Source of the DNA: Actinomycetota bacterium
GTDB lineage: Bacteria > Actinomycetota > Acidimicrobiia > Actinomarinales > Actinomarinaceae
NCBI GenBank assembly: GCA_014384285.1
Contig: JACNGE010000014.1
Coordinates: 212,513-276,512 of the forward strand
Direction of reading: 5' to 3'
Length of the DNA: 64,000 nt
Position numbers and translations under genes: made by a program
Notes under the pieces: generated by a model
What the model saw: only the letters and a program-made list of their open reading frames with translations
Database searches by the model: none
What the model was told of the DNA's origin: nothing
Shown here: positions 1 through 10,680 of the stretch, piece after piece
Layout: each line of letters opens with the position of its first letter
Position numbering within the stretch: position 1 is the stretch's first letter

Positions 1-2
1 TC

Positions 3-254
3 GTCATTGATGGAGAATCTGTAGAAACACCATCAACAAAGTTAGCCTCAACAGTATTAAAAGAATTTAATATAGATAGGTCATTTATTTTTGTCTATGG
101 AGATAGTGATGACAACTTAATTAAGTCATTTAGAAATTTAAAAAACTCAAGAGTTGTTTCGGTAAAGAAACTTTCGACATATGACGTTATATCAACTGAC
201 AGCATTATTTTATCAAAAAATGCAATGAACCACATAACCGGAGAAAATAAATGA
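3..254 (+). CDS. rplD: 50S ribosomal protein L4, C-terminal part (gene starts upstream of window)
   Basis: Frame 3 is open from the window start and translates to ...VIDGESVETPSTKLASTVLKEF...NAMNHITGENK, ending at TGA 252-254. It sits directly upstream of L23 in the canonical S10-operon order. Confidence 0.7.
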   Translation, partial: VIDGESVETPSTKLASTVLKEFNIDRSFIFVYGDSDDNLIKSFRNLKNSRVVSVKKLSTYDVISTDSIILSKNAMNHITGENK

Positions 255-538
255 AGCACTTAGAAGATGTTTTAATTTCCCCTGTAATTTCTGAAAAATC
301 TTACAACAGAATTTCAGATTCCAATGCATACACTTTCTTTGTTCATTCTGATGCAAAAAAACCAGAGATAAAAAGAGCGGCACAAGAGTTGTTCGATGTT
401 GAAGTATTATCTGTGAATACAATGTATAGAAAAGGCAAGAAAAAAAGATTTGGTTATATTTTAGGTCAACAGAGCACAAGAAAAATTGCAATAATCACCC
501 TTCAAGAGGGCGATACAATTGAGGCATTCGGGGTATAA
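251..538 (+). CDS. rplW: 50S ribosomal protein L23
   Basis: 95 aa ORF with L23-like sequence. Its ATG overlaps the rplD stop (ATGA). Confidence 0.9.
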   Translation: MKHLEDVLISPVISEKSYNRISDSNAYTFFVHSDAKKPEIKRAAQELFDVEVLSVNTMYRKGKKKRFGYILGQQSTRKIAIITLQEGDTIEAFGV

Positions 539-541
539 GTT

Positions 542-1375
542 ATGGGACAAAAGAAAATTAGGCCAATAACTCCTGGAATGAGAGGTCAAGTATCTGGAGA
601 CTTTAAAGAAATTACAAAAAGTAAGCCTGAGAAATCCTTACTTCAATCTAAAAATTCATCTGGCGGAAGAAACAACAAGGGTAGAATTACTTCCAGGCAT
701 CGTGGTGGTGGGCATAAAAGAAAATATAGAATAATAGATTTTAAACGCACAAAAGACAATATTCCAGCAAAAGTAGCAGCTATTGAGTATGATCCAAATA
801 GAAATGCTCGAATAGCTCTCCTTCACTATGTTGATGGAGAAAAAGCTTATATTATTGCACCTGATGGAATAACTCCAGGAGCTCAGGTAATATCTGGTCC
901 AAAAGCTGACATCAAAGATGGTAACTGTCTTCCTCTGAGAAATATTCCAGCTGGTACATTTGTTCATAATGTAGAACTAAGACCTGCAGGTGGAGCAAAA
1001 ATGGCAAGATCTGCCGGTTCCAGTGTTCAGCTAATGAGCAAAGAGGGCGGACTGGCTCTCTTGAGACTACCTTCTGGTGAAATGAGAACAGTTTCTATGG
1101 ACTGCAGGGCAACAATTGGTACAGTTGGAAATGCTGAAGCAGAATTAACAAAACTTGGAAAAGCAGGCCGAAAAAGATGGAAGGGCGTAAGACCTCAAAC
1201 AAGAGGTGTAGCAATGAACCCTGTTGATCATCCACTTGGTGGTGGAGAGGGTAAATCTTCTGGAGGTAGAACTCCTGTTAGCCCTTGGGGTAAGCCAGAG
1301 AAAAAAACTAGAAATAAAAAGAAATATAGCAATAAATCAATTGTTAGAGGAAGATCACAAAAAGGTAGAGGGTAA
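542..1375 (+). CDS. rplB: 50S ribosomal protein L2
   Basis: 277 aa with characteristic L2 motifs ([16 protein letters not shown]). Confidence 0.95.
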   Translation: MGQKKIRPITPGMRGQVSGDFKEITKSKPEKSLLQSKNSSGGRNNKGRITSRHRGGGHKRKYRIIDFKRTKDNIPAKVAAIEYDPNRNARIALLHYVDGEKAYIIAPDGITPGAQVISGPKADIKDGNCLPLRNIPAGTFVHNVELRPAGGAKMARSAGSSVQLMSKEGGLALLRLPSGEMRTVSMDCRATIGTVGNAEAELTKLGKAGRKRWKGVRPQTRGVAMNPVDHPLGGGEGKSSGGRTPVSPWGKPEKKTRNKKKYSNKSIVRGRSQKGRG

Positions 1376-1376
1376 T

Positions 1377-1640
1377 ATGTCAAGAAGTTTAAGAAAAGGA
1401 CCATTTGTTGACGATCATCTGCTGACAAAAGTAGAGGACGCAAAAAATAGTGGTAACAAAACAGTTATCAAAACATGGAGTAGAAGGTCTACAGTAGTTC
1501 CTGAGATGGTTGGATTAACTATTGCAGTACATAATGGTAGACAGCACCTCCCAGTATTTATCACGGAGGCAATGGTTGGTCACAAGCTTGGAGAATTTTC
1601 ACCAACTCGTACATTTAAAGGACACCCAGGACAAAACTAA
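1377..1640 (+). CDS. rpsS: 30S ribosomal protein S19
   Basis: [15 protein letters not shown]... matches the conserved S19 N-terminus. The ATG at 1377 comes just after the rplB stop. The ORF-track start at 1224 is an out-of-frame upstream extension overlapping rplB. Confidence 0.9.
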   Translation: MSRSLRKGPFVDDHLLTKVEDAKNSGNKTVIKTWSRRSTVVPEMVGLTIAVHNGRQHLPVFITEAMVGHKLGEFSPTRTFKGHPGQN

Positions 1641-1987
1641 TGGAAAAACAAACTGTAACCGCAAAAAGTAAATATATCAGGCAATCTCCATATAAGGTCA
1701 GGCTCGTGTTAAATTTGATTCGAGGTTTAAATGTGAATGAAGCATTAAATATTTTAACTTTTACCAAAAGAAAAGCAGCAATAGATATAAAGCAGCTTTT
1801 AGAAAGTGCAATTGCAAATGCAGAGAATAATTTTGGTATGTCTTCTGCTAATTTAGAAATCACCAAAGCAATTGCTGATGAAGGACCAACTTTGAAACGA
1901 TTTAGACCTAGAGCTAGAGGTAGTGCTGGAAGAATAAACAAAAGAACTTCGCATATAGTAATTGAATTAGAAAGTGTAGAGGAATAA
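1640..1987 (+). CDS. rplV: 50S ribosomal protein L22
   Basis: 115 aa L22-like protein ([19 protein letters not shown]). TAATG overlap with rpsS. Confidence 0.9.
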   Translation: MEKQTVTAKSKYIRQSPYKVRLVLNLIRGLNVNEALNILTFTKRKAAIDIKQLLESAIANAENNFGMSSANLEITKAIADEGPTLKRFRPRARGSAGRINKRTSHIVIELESVEE

Positions 1988-1989
1988 CA

Positions 1990-2880
1990 ATGGGTCAAAA
2001 AACACATCCATATGCGTTTAGAATTGGCATCGTTAATGATTGGAAATCTAGATGGTTTAGTCATAAAGACTATACAAAGCTTGTTAATCAAGATTACAGA
2101 ATAAGAGAGTTCTTGACTGGAGAGCTTATCAAAGGTGCAGTTTCTAGAATTGAAATTGAAAGAACTAGAGATAAGGTTCAGGTAGATATCCACACAGCTC
2201 GACCAGGGGTAGTAATTGGCCGAAAAGGTGCAGAGGCAGACCGCTTAAGAAAAGGCCTAGAAGAACTGTCAAACCAACCAGTAAAATTAAACATTATTGA
2301 AGTTAGAGACGCTGAACTTGACGCACAGTTACTTGCTAGAGCTGTAGCAGATCAGTTAGAAAACAGGGTCGCTTTCAGAAGAGCTATGAAAAGAGCTGTA
2401 GGAGCAGCTTTGAAGGCAGGTGCTGAAGGTGTAAGGGTTGAGTGTTCAGGTAGACTTGGTGGTGCTGAAATGGGCCGAAGAGAATGGTACAGAGAAGGTC
2501 GGGTGCCTCTCCACACTTTAAGGGCAGATATAGACTTTGGTAGAGCAGCTGCACATACTACCGTAGGAGCTATTGGTGTAAAAGTATGGGTTTACAAAGG
2601 TGATGTAGTCGCTACAAACAAACTTAGACAAGAAAAAATTTCAGCAGAAGCCTCTCTTGCTAGCGGAGGTCCAGCAAGTGGAAGAGTGAAATCTGTCAAA
2701 TCTAGGGTTGAGGCTGCAGTTGGAGAATCTAAAGAATCAAGGATTCTTGAAGCAGGTGGCGGTAAAAAAGCTGGTGAGCAAAATTCTAAAATAGTTGAAG
2801 CCGGTGGAGGCAAAAAGATTACACCTGTTAAAGCTCAGGAACAATTTGAAGAAGAAAAATCAATATTGGAAGAAGAATAA
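1990..2880 (+). CDS. rpsC: 30S ribosomal protein S3 with C-terminal low-complexity extension
   Basis: The N-terminal 230 aa are canonical S3 (KH domain, GRRIxG). A Gly/Lys/Glu-rich tail then carries the duplicated unit EAGGGKK. Confidence 0.9.
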   Translation: MGQKTHPYAFRIGIVNDWKSRWFSHKDYTKLVNQDYRIREFLTGELIKGAVSRIEIERTRDKVQVDIHTARPGVVIGRKGAEADRLRKGLEELSNQPVKLNIIEVRDAELDAQLLARAVADQLENRVAFRRAMKRAVGAALKAGAEGVRVECSGRLGGAEMGRREWYREGRVPLHTLRADIDFGRAAAHTTVGAIGVKVWVYKGDVVATNKLRQEKISAEASLASGGPASGRVKSVKSRVEAAVGESKESRILEAGGGKKAGEQNSKIVEAGGGKKITPVKAQEQFEEEKSILEEE

Positions 2881-2883
2881 CTT

Positions 2884-3294
2884 ATGTTAATGCCTAAAAA
2901 AACAAAATATAGGAAATCCCACAGAGGGAGAAGAAAAGGCATGTCCAAAGGTGGAACAGAAGTTAATTTTGGGGATTTTGGCCTTCAAGCATTAGAGACA
3001 TCTTATATTACAGGACGTCAGATAGAAGCAGCAAGAATTACAATTACTCGTACCATGCAAAGAAAAGGTAAAGTATGGATTAATATTTTTCCTCATAAAC
3101 CTATAACTAAGAAACCTGCCGAAGTAAGAATGGGTTCTGGAAAAGGTGCAGTTGAGTATTATGTAGCTGTAGTAAAACCAGGTAGGATAATATTTGAAAT
3201 TTCTGGTGTTTCAGAAGAAGTAGCCAGAGAAGCAATGAGAAAAGCAGGACACAAGCTTCCTATTAATACAAAATTTGTAATGAGGCACACATGA
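2884..3294 (+). CDS. rplP: 50S ribosomal protein L16
   Basis: [16 protein letters not shown]... is the L16 signature N-terminus. Confidence 0.9.
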   Translation: MLMPKKTKYRKSHRGRRKGMSKGGTEVNFGDFGLQALETSYITGRQIEAARITITRTMQRKGKVWINIFPHKPITKKPAEVRMGSGKGAVEYYVAVVKPGRIIFEISGVSEEVAREAMRKAGHKLPINTKFVMRHT

Positions 3295-3509
3295 GCATAA
3301 ACGATTTAAGAGAGCTATCTATCTCTGAATTAGAAACCAGAGTAGGAGAGCTAAAAAAAGAATTAATGGAATCACGCTTTTCTCTGGCAACAAGCCAGAT
3401 AGAAGACACATCTATATTTAAAAAAATTAAAAAACAAATTGCACAAGCTAACACAGTTTTAAACCAAAAAAAAAGAGAAGAAATGATGAAAGCTGAAAAT
3501 AATGAGTAA
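3291..3509 (+). CDS. rpmC: 50S ribosomal protein L29
   Basis: 72 aa helical protein in the expected position between L16 and S17. Confidence 0.85.
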   Translation: MSINDLRELSISELETRVGELKKELMESRFSLATSQIEDTSIFKKIKKQIAQANTVLNQKKREEMMKAENNE

Positions 3510-3768
3510 CAAATTAGAAAGATCATCTAGAAAAGTTAAAGTCGGAATAGTTGTATCAGACAAAAGAGAGCAAACAGTTACTGTTGCCATAGAGCTGCAG
3601 TACCCTCATCCAAAATACGGAAAAATAGTTAAAAAAACTAGAAAACTCCATGCACACGATGAAAGTTTTGAAGCCAAGATGGGTGACACAGTTAGAATTA
3701 TGGAAACTAAGCCAATTTCAAAAACAAAAAGATGGAGAGTAACAGAAGTCATTGAGAGGGCAAGATGA
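3502..3768 (+). CDS. rpsQ: 30S ribosomal protein S17
   Basis: 88 aa with S17-like sequence ([14 protein letters not shown]...[17 protein letters not shown]). Confidence 0.9.
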   Translation: MSNKLERSSRKVKVGIVVSDKREQTVTVAIELQYPHPKYGKIVKKTRKLHAHDESFEAKMGDTVRIMETKPISKTKRWRVTEVIERAR

Positions 3769-4133
3769 TACAAAAAGAATCTAGACTCAAAGTTGCTGAC
3801 AACTCTGGCGCAAAAGAAGTTTTATGTATAAAAGTTAAAGGAAGCTCAAGAATAAGATATGCAGGTTTAGGCGATGTATTTACAGCTACAGTAAAAGATG
3901 CTATCCCTGGTGGACAAATCAAAAAAGGAGATATTGTTCAAGCTGTAGTTGTCAGAACAAGTAAGGAAACTAGAAGAAAAGATGGAACTTATATAAGATT
4001 TGATGAAAATGCATGCGTAATAATTAATGAACAGGAACAACCTAGAGGTACTAGAATTTTTGGACCAGTCGGTAGAGAATTAAGAGAGAAAAAATTTATG
4101 AGAATTGTATCACTTGCACCGGAGGTAATTTAA
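3765..4133 (+). CDS. rplN: 50S ribosomal protein L14
   Basis: [17 protein letters not shown]... is the highly conserved L14 start. Confidence 0.95.
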   Translation: MIQKESRLKVADNSGAKEVLCIKVKGSSRIRYAGLGDVFTATVKDAIPGGQIKKGDIVQAVVVRTSKETRRKDGTYIRFDENACVIINEQEQPRGTRIFGPVGRELREKKFMRIVSLAPEVI

Positions 4134-4435
4134 TGAAAATTAAAAAAGGTGATTTAGTAAAAGTAATAGCTGGCAAGGACAATGGAAAAGAAGGTAAAGT
4201 ATTACAAGTTTTTCCCAAAAAAGACAAACTTCTTGTTGAAGGTGTAAATGTAGCTAAAAAACATCAAAAACCCCAGGGCCAAACAATGCAAGGCGGAGTA
4301 ATTGATATAACCATGCCTATACATATATCCAATGTGGCTCTAGTTGTTAAAAAGAAAAGTGGTAGAGTGTCCTACAAATTTGATAAGAACGGTCAAAAGT
4401 ACAGAGTGTTAGCTCAAACTGGAGATGAAGTATGA
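4133..4435 (+). CDS. rplX: 50S ribosomal protein L24
   Basis: [23 protein letters not shown]... carries the L24 KOW motif. Confidence 0.9.
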   Translation: MKIKKGDLVKVIAGKDNGKEGKVLQVFPKKDKLLVEGVNVAKKHQKPQGQTMQGGVIDITMPIHISNVALVVKKKSGRVSYKFDKNGQKYRVLAQTGDEV

Positions 4436-4977
4436 TTCCTAGGTTAAAAGAAGCATTCAATACTGGATTAAATGAAGAGATAAAAAAAGAATTAGGTCTT
4501 AAAAATGTTAATCAAATTCCAACACTTGAAAAAATTGTTATAAATATTGGCTCAGGAAAAGCAGCTACAGATGGGCGAGCACTAGAGTCAATGGTTGATG
4601 AATTAACAGCTATCTCAGGACAAAAACCAGTTATTCGGAGAGCTAAAAAATCCATAGCCGGTTTTAAGATTAGAGAAGGAATGCCTATAGGAGTTTCAGT
4701 CACACTTAGGGGTGATAGAATGTGGGAGTTTTATGATAGGTTTATTCAAGTAGTTGTTCCTAGAATTAGAGACTTCAGAGGATTTAGAAAGAAATCATTT
4801 GATGGAAACGGAAATTATTCACTGGGATTAAATGAGCAGCTTGTATTCCCAGAAGTTGAATATGACAAAGTGAGAGATATTAGAGGAATGAATATTACAA
4901 TTTGTACAACCGCTAACGATAATAAAAAAGGATATGTATTATTACATTCGCTAGGGTTTCCTTTTAGAGAGAATTAA
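4432..4977 (+). CDS. rplE: 50S ribosomal protein L5
   Basis: 181 aa with L5 family sequence. Operon position fits. Confidence 0.95.
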   Translation: MIPRLKEAFNTGLNEEIKKELGLKNVNQIPTLEKIVINIGSGKAATDGRALESMVDELTAISGQKPVIRRAKKSIAGFKIREGMPIGVSVTLRGDRMWEFYDRFIQVVVPRIRDFRGFRKKSFDGNGNYSLGLNEQLVFPEVEYDKVRDIRGMNITICTTANDNKKGYVLLHSLGFPFREN

Positions 4978-4979
4978 AA

Positions 4980-5285
4980 ATGGCAAAAACAAGTAAAGTA
5001 GTAAAAAATAATAAGAGACTTGAAACAGTAAATTTTTATACAGAAAAACGCAAAGACTTATTAGCTGTAATAAAAAATCCTGAATCTACTTATGACGAAA
5101 AAAGATCTGCTCAAAAAAAGATTGCAAAAATGCCAAGAGATGCATCTGCAACAAGGCACAGAAATAGATGTCAGGTTACAGGAAGGCCAAGAGGTACTCT
5201 CAGAAAATTTGGTATGTCAAGAAACACATTTAGAGACTTAGCACTTAAAGGGGAGTTACCCGGCATAAAGAAAGCATCTTGGTAG
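4980..5285 (+). CDS. rpsN: 30S ribosomal protein S14, long zinc-independent form
   Basis: 101 aa ending ...[11 protein letters not shown]. It lacks the CxxC...CxxC zinc ribbon of the short type-Z form. Confidence 0.9.
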   Translation: MAKTSKVVKNNKRLETVNFYTEKRKDLLAVIKNPESTYDEKRSAQKKIAKMPRDASATRHRNRCQVTGRPRGTLRKFGMSRNTFRDLALKGELPGIKKASW

Positions 5286-5288
5286 ATT

Positions 5289-5687
5289 ATGGTTACTGAC
5301 CCGATTTCTGACTTGCTAACAAGGCTGAGAAATGCATCGATGGTATCAAAACCTAGTGTTTCAATTCCGCATTCAAATTTTAAATTTGAATTAGCTAAGC
5401 TTCTCAAAAACGAAGGCTATGTATCGGATGTAAAAGTATCTGGAGAAGGTGTCAAAAAACTAATTGATATTGACATGAAATATTCTGAAGAGGGAATTTC
5501 TGTCATATCTGGAATGAATAGATTATCTAAACCTGGTCAAAGAGTATATTCGAGTTTTGACAATCTTCCAAGAAATAATGGTGGGTTAGGAACAGTAATT
5601 GTTTCAACTTCTAGGGGCTTACTCTCTGATTCTGAAGCAAGAAAACGAAAACTAGGTGGAGAGCTTATTTGCGAGGTATGGTCATGA
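5289..5687 (+). CDS. rpsH: 30S ribosomal protein S8
   Basis: MVTDPISDLLTRLRNA... is the S8 signature. Confidence 0.9.
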   Translation: MVTDPISDLLTRLRNASMVSKPSVSIPHSNFKFELAKLLKNEGYVSDVKVSGEGVKKLIDIDMKYSEEGISVISGMNRLSKPGQRVYSSFDNLPRNNGGLGTVIVSTSRGLLSDSEARKRKLGGELICEVWS

Positions 5688-6235
5688 GCCGAATAGGAAA
5701 CAAGCCAGTTGTAATACCTGAAAAAGTAGAAGTCACTATAAATGATATGACAATCTCGGTAAAAGGTCCAAAAGGAGAATTATCCACAACAATAGTTGAT
5801 GATAGAATCACATTTGAAATTAATGAAGGAACACTTACTTTTTCAAGAACAAGTGAAGATAAATTTGTAAAAGGCTTACACGGGCTGTATAGATCTCTAG
5901 TAGCCAATAATATAGAGGGTGTAGTTGATGGTTATTCCAAGACTCTATCACTAGTTGGAGTTGGTCATAGAGTTTCAATGAAAGGTAACGATCTTGAAAT
6001 ACTTTGTGGTTTTTCACACCCTGTTCTATTCAAAAAAGTTGAAAACATTAATTACGAAGTACCAGATCAAAACACCATAGTTGTTTCAGGCATAGACAAA
6101 GCCTTAGTAGGCGAGGTTTCAGCAAAAATCAGAGCTATCAAACCTCCAGAACCTTACAAAGGCAAAGGTATTCGCTACAAAGATGAATATGTGAGAAGAA
6201 AAGCAGGTAAAGCTGCTGTAACGGCGGGAGCATAA
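5684..6235 (+). CDS. rplF: 50S ribosomal protein L6
   Basis: MSRIGNKPV... is the conserved L6 start, at the ATG overlapping the rpsH stop. The ORF-track start at 5669 is an upstream extension. Confidence 0.9.
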   Translation: MSRIGNKPVVIPEKVEVTINDMTISVKGPKGELSTTIVDDRITFEINEGTLTFSRTSEDKFVKGLHGLYRSLVANNIEGVVDGYSKTLSLVGVGHRVSMKGNDLEILCGFSHPVLFKKVENINYEVPDQNTIVVSGIDKALVGEVSAKIRAIKPPEPYKGKGIRYKDEYVRRKAGKAAVTAGA

Positions 6236-6242
6236 TTTAATT

Positions 6243-6590
6243 ATGAAAACTAAAGACGCTAGACATCAAAGAAAAATAAGAATTAGAAAAAAAATCTCAG
6301 GCACAGCCTCAAAACCAAGGCTTGCAGTATTTAAGAGTAACAAAAATATTTATGTCCAGGCTATCGATGATTTAAACCAAAAAACAATTGCAACAGCCAG
6401 CACATTAGCAAGTGATCTAAAAAAAGAGAAACTAACTGTTGAAACTTCAAAAAAAGTTGGAGAAAAAATGGGAGAAGCACTTTTAGAAATTGGAATCAAA
6501 GAAGCAGTTTTTGACAGAGGTGGATACATATACCATGGAAGAGTTGAAGCAGTAGCTCAAGGAATAAGAGAAAAAGGAATAAAATTTTAA
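6243..6590 (+). CDS. rplR: 50S ribosomal protein L18
   Basis: 115 aa with L18-like sequence ([18 protein letters not shown]). Confidence 0.9.
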   Translation: MKTKDARHQRKIRIRKKISGTASKPRLAVFKSNKNIYVQAIDDLNQKTIATASTLASDLKKEKLTVETSKKVGEKMGEALLEIGIKEAVFDRGGYIYHGRVEAVAQGIREKGIKF

Positions 6591-7138
6591 TGGTTGAAAC
6601 AGAATTACAGGAAAGTGTTATCCACATAAACAGAGTTGCAAAAGTAGTAAAAGGTGGCCGAAATTTTGCCTTTACTGCACTCGTAGCTGTTGGGGATGGT
6701 AACGGAAGTGCTGGAATTGGTTATGGTAAAGGCTCAGAGGTACCTTTAGCAATACAAAAGGCTATTGAAAATGCTAAAAAAAATATTCACCAAATTCCAA
6801 TGGCTGGCTCAACTATAGTACATACAATTACTGGTGAACATGGCTCATCAAGAGTTCTTCTGAAGCCAGCATCACCTGGAACAGGAATTATTGCTGGGGG
6901 TGCTGCAAGAGAAGTGTTACAAGTTGCAGGAGTTAAAGATATACTTGCAAAGTCTCTCGGCTCACCAACACATTTAAATGTGGCAAAAGCTACTATAAAC
7001 GGTTTGCTCGGTCAAAGGACACCAGACTCTGTAGCTAAACTTCGAGGTAAAAAACCTTCTGAAGTTGCTCCAAAAGGTTTAGTTGATGCGTATGAAAAAA
7101 CAAAAGCTGAAAGAAAAGTTGCGTCTCAAGATGTCTAA
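6590..7138 (+). CDS. rpsE: 30S ribosomal protein S5
   Basis: 182 aa with S5 dsRBD-like sequence ([27 protein letters not shown]). Confidence 0.9.
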   Translation: MVETELQESVIHINRVAKVVKGGRNFAFTALVAVGDGNGSAGIGYGKGSEVPLAIQKAIENAKKNIHQIPMAGSTIVHTITGEHGSSRVLLKPASPGTGIIAGGAAREVLQVAGVKDILAKSLGSPTHLNVAKATINGLLGQRTPDSVAKLRGKKPSEVAPKGLVDAYEKTKAERKVASQDV

Positions 7139-7310
7139 AGTGAAAATTACTCTAAAAAGAAGTCTTATAGGACAGGGACATAAGTCTCGTGAGACAATCA
7201 AGTCTCTAGGTTTAAAAAAAATAAATTCTACTGTAGAAAGAGATATGGACGACTCTCTCGAAGGTATGCTTAGAGTAGTAAATCATTTAGTAAGTATTGA
7301 AGAGGTCTAA
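7131..7310 (+). CDS. rpmD: 50S ribosomal protein L30
   Basis: [15 protein letters not shown]... is a typical L30 start. I chose this internal ATG; the ORF-track start at 7083 overlaps rpsE by 56 nt and adds a basic N-terminal extension not seen in L30. Confidence 0.8.
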   Translation: MSKVKITLKRSLIGQGHKSRETIKSLGLKKINSTVERDMDDSLEGMLRVVNHLVSIEEV

Positions 7311-7312
7311 AA

Positions 7313-7762
7313 ATGAATAAATTAAGATTTCACCATTTAAAACCAACTCCTGGATCAACAAAAAGAAAACTAAGAAAAGGTAGAGGAGAAGCTGGAAAAA
7401 GAGGTAAGACTGCAGGTAGAGGTACAAAGGGTACCGGAGCACGTAAAACTGTACCAGCTTATTTTGAAGGTGGGCAAATCCCTCTTTATAGACGAATTCC
7501 TAAACTAAAGGGTATTGGCAATGGTCCTAAAATGTCATATGTGGTTGTAAATGTTTCAGATCTTCAAGAAAAGAATATATCCGGAGATGTAGACCCTGAT
7601 ACATTAAGAAATCTTGGATTAACTAGAAAAAAAGGTTTAGTAAAAATTCTAGGCAACGGAGATATCTCTAATGCAGTTAATCTAAAAGTACACTCAATAA
7701 GTGGAGTTGCAAAAGAAAAGATTGAAAAAGCTGGCGGTACAGTAGAGATTATAGAAGGCTAG
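7313..7762 (+). CDS. rplO: 50S ribosomal protein L15
   Basis: 149 aa with a Gly/Arg/Lys-rich N-terminus typical of L15. Confidence 0.9.
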   Translation: MNKLRFHHLKPTPGSTKRKLRKGRGEAGKRGKTAGRGTKGTGARKTVPAYFEGGQIPLYRRIPKLKGIGNGPKMSYVVVNVSDLQEKNISGDVDPDTLRNLGLTRKKGLVKILGNGDISNAVNLKVHSISGVAKEKIEKAGGTVEIIEG

Positions 7763-7764
7763 TT

Positions 7765-9078
7765 ATGCAATTATCCATCTTCAAGTACATGTTCAAGATT
7801 CCAGATCTTAGAAAAAGAATTTTATTTACAATAGCTATGTTCGGTGTCTATAGATTAGGAGCATCGGTACCGGTCCCAGGGGTAGACCTCGAAGCAGTTC
7901 AAAGACTTACAGACTCGGGTTCACAGGCAGGTATTTATGGACTTCTTAACTTGTTTTCAGGTGGTGCATTAGAAACCTTCTCAGTTTTTGCACTTGGCAT
8001 CATGCCATACATCACTTCTAGCATTATTCTCCAATTGCTCACAGTGGTCATTCCACGTCTTCAAAAACTACAAGAAGAAGGAGAATCAGGTAGAAAAGTA
8101 ATTACTCAGTGGACGAGATACATAACAGTTGTATTAGCTCTCCTGCAATCAACTGGACTAACTTATATTTTTTCAAGAGGTAGTTTAACAGGTGGTATAT
8201 CCCTGATACCTAATTACACCCCCTCAAGAGTTGGATTAATAGTCTTAACAATGACAGCAGGTACAGCGTTTATCATGTGGCTTGGAGAGTTAATTTCTCA
8301 AAGAGGAATTGGTAACGGAATGTCGCTAATTATTTTTGCAAGTATAATTTCACAACTTCCCGCTAGTTTCGGTGGAGCATATCAAGTAACAGCAGGTCAA
8401 GGAAGAATTGGTCAATTTTCGTTTTTAGTTCTTATGTTCATACTCATGATTGTTGGAATCATTTATGTTGAGCAAGGACAGAGAAGAATTCCAATTCAGT
8501 TTGCAAAAAGAGTTAGAGGAAGAAAGGTTATGGGGGGACAAAGCACCTATATTCCATTAAAGGTGAACAGTGCAGGAGTTATTCCTGTTATATTTGCAAC
8601 AAGTATTTTATTTTTCCCCGCATTAATCGCTACATCACTACCTCAAGATAATTCAATTACAGCAGGGATTAGAAACTGGATAGATGTAAATTTAGCAAAC
8701 TCACAAGGAACAAGCTGGTTCTATATCTTTTTTCTTGGTATGCTGATAATCTTTTTTACTTATTTTTATACAACAATTCAATTCGACCCAGTAAGACAAT
8801 CTGACATGATAAGAAGACAGGGTGGTTTTGTCCCTGGTATTAGACCTGGTATTTCAACTACAAATTACTTATCACATATTGTGAGCAGAATAACACTACC
8901 TGGCTCCATATTTTTGGCATCTGTTGCAGTACTCCCATCTATTGCTTCAGCTATTTGGGATATACCTTTAGGTTTTGGTGGAATTTCAATCCTCATAACT
9001 GTAGGTGTCGCCCTAGAAACTATGAAACAGATAGAGAGTCAATTAAGCATGAGAAATTATGAAGGGTTCATTGATTGA
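7765..9078 (+). CDS. secY: Preprotein translocase subunit SecY
   Basis: 437 aa polytopic membrane protein with SecY-like sequence, located after rplO as expected. Confidence 0.95.
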   Translation: MQLSIFKYMFKIPDLRKRILFTIAMFGVYRLGASVPVPGVDLEAVQRLTDSGSQAGIYGLLNLFSGGALETFSVFALGIMPYITSSIILQLLTVVIPRLQKLQEEGESGRKVITQWTRYITVVLALLQSTGLTYIFSRGSLTGGISLIPNYTPSRVGLIVLTMTAGTAFIMWLGELISQRGIGNGMSLIIFASIISQLPASFGGAYQVTAGQGRIGQFSFLVLMFILMIVGIIYVEQGQRRIPIQFAKRVRGRKVMGGQSTYIPLKVNSAGVIPVIFATSILFFPALIATSLPQDNSITAGIRNWIDVNLANSQGTSWFYIFFLGMLIIFFTYFYTTIQFDPVRQSDMIRRQGGFVPGIRPGISTTNYLSHIVSRITLPGSIFLASVAVLPSIASAIWDIPLGFGGISILITVGVALETMKQIESQLSMRNYEGFID

Positions 9079-9632
9079 CCGAATTAATAATTTTCCTTGG
9101 CCCTCCAGGAGCTGGCAAAGGAACTCAAGCATCAAGATTAGCTGAAGACAAAAATCTTGCCCATATCTCTACTGGAGATATGCTGAGAGAGCATGTTTCA
9201 AATAATACAGAATTAGGGAAAACAGCAAAGTCACTTCTAGATGAAGGAAAGTTAGTGCCAGATTCTTTAGTTATAGAGATGCTTATTGATAGATTACGTT
9301 CTGAAAAAAATAAAGATGGAGCAATTTTAGATGGCTTTCCAAGAACTTTAGCTCAGGCAAATAGTCTAGATAAAATTAGTGAAAATTTTCCAATTTCTAA
9401 AGTTATAGTTTTTGACGCTAATCATGAAGAGTTAATAAAAAGAATTTTACACAGAGGTGAAACATCTGGAAGAAGTGATGACACCAAGGACTCTATAAAG
9501 GTAAGGCTCGATGTGTATCAGAAAGATACAGAGCCGCTTATTGAGTATTACGAAAAAAATAATTCAACAATCAAAATAAATGCCGTGGGAGATGTTGAAG
9601 ATATATACAACCTTTTATCTAAAGAGTTCTAA
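9075..9632 (+). CDS. adk: Adenylate kinase (short-LID form)
   Basis: P-loop GPPGAGKGTQ at the N-terminus. 185 aa with no zinc-binding LID insertion. Confidence 0.9.
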   Translation: MTELIIFLGPPGAGKGTQASRLAEDKNLAHISTGDMLREHVSNNTELGKTAKSLLDEGKLVPDSLVIEMLIDRLRSEKNKDGAILDGFPRTLAQANSLDKISENFPISKVIVFDANHEELIKRILHRGETSGRSDDTKDSIKVRLDVYQKDTEPLIEYYEKNNSTIKINAVGDVEDIYNLLSKEF

Positions 9633-9637
9633 CCAAA

Positions 9638-10384
9638 ATGATTACTTTTAAATCACAAGAAGACTTCAACAATATGGATAAAGCGGGAACAATAGTTGCA
9701 ACTATTCATTCTGAATTACAGGAAGCTTCAACTCCTGGAACTTCTTTAATTAAACTTGATGAACTTGCTAAAGATATTGTAATTAAAAGTGGATCAACTT
9801 CTAGTTTTTTAGGCTACAGGGGATACCCAGCATATATCTGCGCATCTCCAAACGATGTTATTGTCCATGGAATACCTGGAAACTACATTCTAGAAGAAGG
9901 AGATATTTTATCCATTGACGTTGGGGTATCTGTTAACGGATATCATGCTGATGCAGCCTTAACGTATGGAATAGGTGAGATTACAGATGAAAATCAGAAA
10001 TTAATTAAATTAACAAAAGATGCACTATACGCTGGAATTAAATTAGTCAAAGATGGACAGAAGTTGGGTACCATCGGAAATAAAATTGAGAAAATTGGGA
10101 AAAAGGGCTCTTACGGGGTTGTTAAAGAATATGTGGGTCATGGTATTGGTCTAGAGATGCACGAAGATCCACAAGTACCAAATTATGGTAAAAAAAATCA
10201 AGGATTTACATTAAAAAAAGGAATGGCAATTTGTATAGAGCCAATGTTCAATATGGGCTCTGAACAGACTAAAGTTGACGATGATGAGTGGACAGTTAGA
10301 ACTTTTGATGGAAGTAACTCAGCTCATTGGGAACATACAATAGGAATAATGGATGATGAAGTACGAATATTTACTGAAAAGTAA
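9638..10384 (+). CDS. map: Methionine aminopeptidase type I
   Basis: 248 aa with pita-bread fold motifs (HGIPG, GYHAD, EPM). Canonical position after adk. Confidence 0.9.
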   Translation: MITFKSQEDFNNMDKAGTIVATIHSELQEASTPGTSLIKLDELAKDIVIKSGSTSSFLGYRGYPAYICASPNDVIVHGIPGNYILEEGDILSIDVGVSVNGYHADAALTYGIGEITDENQKLIKLTKDALYAGIKLVKDGQKLGTIGNKIEKIGKKGSYGVVKEYVGHGIGLEMHEDPQVPNYGKKNQGFTLKKGMAICIEPMFNMGSEQTKVDDDEWTVRTFDGSNSAHWEHTIGIMDDEVRIFTEK

Positions 10385-10455
10385 TTTTAAAAACATGTTG
10401 GTAATAGTTTTTAATCGCACTATTCTGATTTATCGGTCCTAATTACAAGGTAGTT

Positions 10456-10680
10456 TTGGTAGAAAAAGAAAAAAATATAATAAAGGTTCAGGGGACAGTT
10501 ACTGAAACTTTGCCAAACGCATCTTTTAAGGTGGAACTTGAAAGCGGTGCAGAAATACTTGCACATGTTTCAGGGAAAATGAGAATGAGGTATATAAGAA
10601 TACTACCTGGAGACATGGTCGACATGGAAGTATCACCATACGATCCTACAAGAGGTAGGATAACTTGGAGACATAAATGA
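10456..10680 (+). CDS. infA: Translation initiation factor IF-1
   Basis: 74 aa with an S1-like OB fold sequence ([19 protein letters not shown]...[16 protein letters not shown]). Apparent TTG start. Confidence 0.85.
   Translation: MVEKEKNIIKVQGTVTETLPNASFKVELESGAEILAHVSGKMRMRYIRILPGDMVDMEVSPYDPTRGRITWRHK

Noticed and set aside
213-491. Minus-strand ORF (92 aa) overlapping rplD/rplW
   Set aside because: It is antisense to highly conserved ribosomal protein genes. It has a low-complexity hydrophobic translation typical of shadow ORFs in AT-rich DNA.
656-967. Minus-strand 103-aa ORF inside rplB
   Set aside because: Shadow ORF antisense to L2, with no homology signal.
1224-1640. 138-aa version of rpsS from the ORF track
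   Set aside because: The first 51 codons overlap the rplB 3' end in another frame and are not S19-like. The conserved S19 N-terminus begins at the ATG at 1377.
1615-2193. Minus-strand 192-aa ORF across rplV/rpsC
   Set aside because: Antisense shadow ORF. The region is fully explained by L22 and S3.
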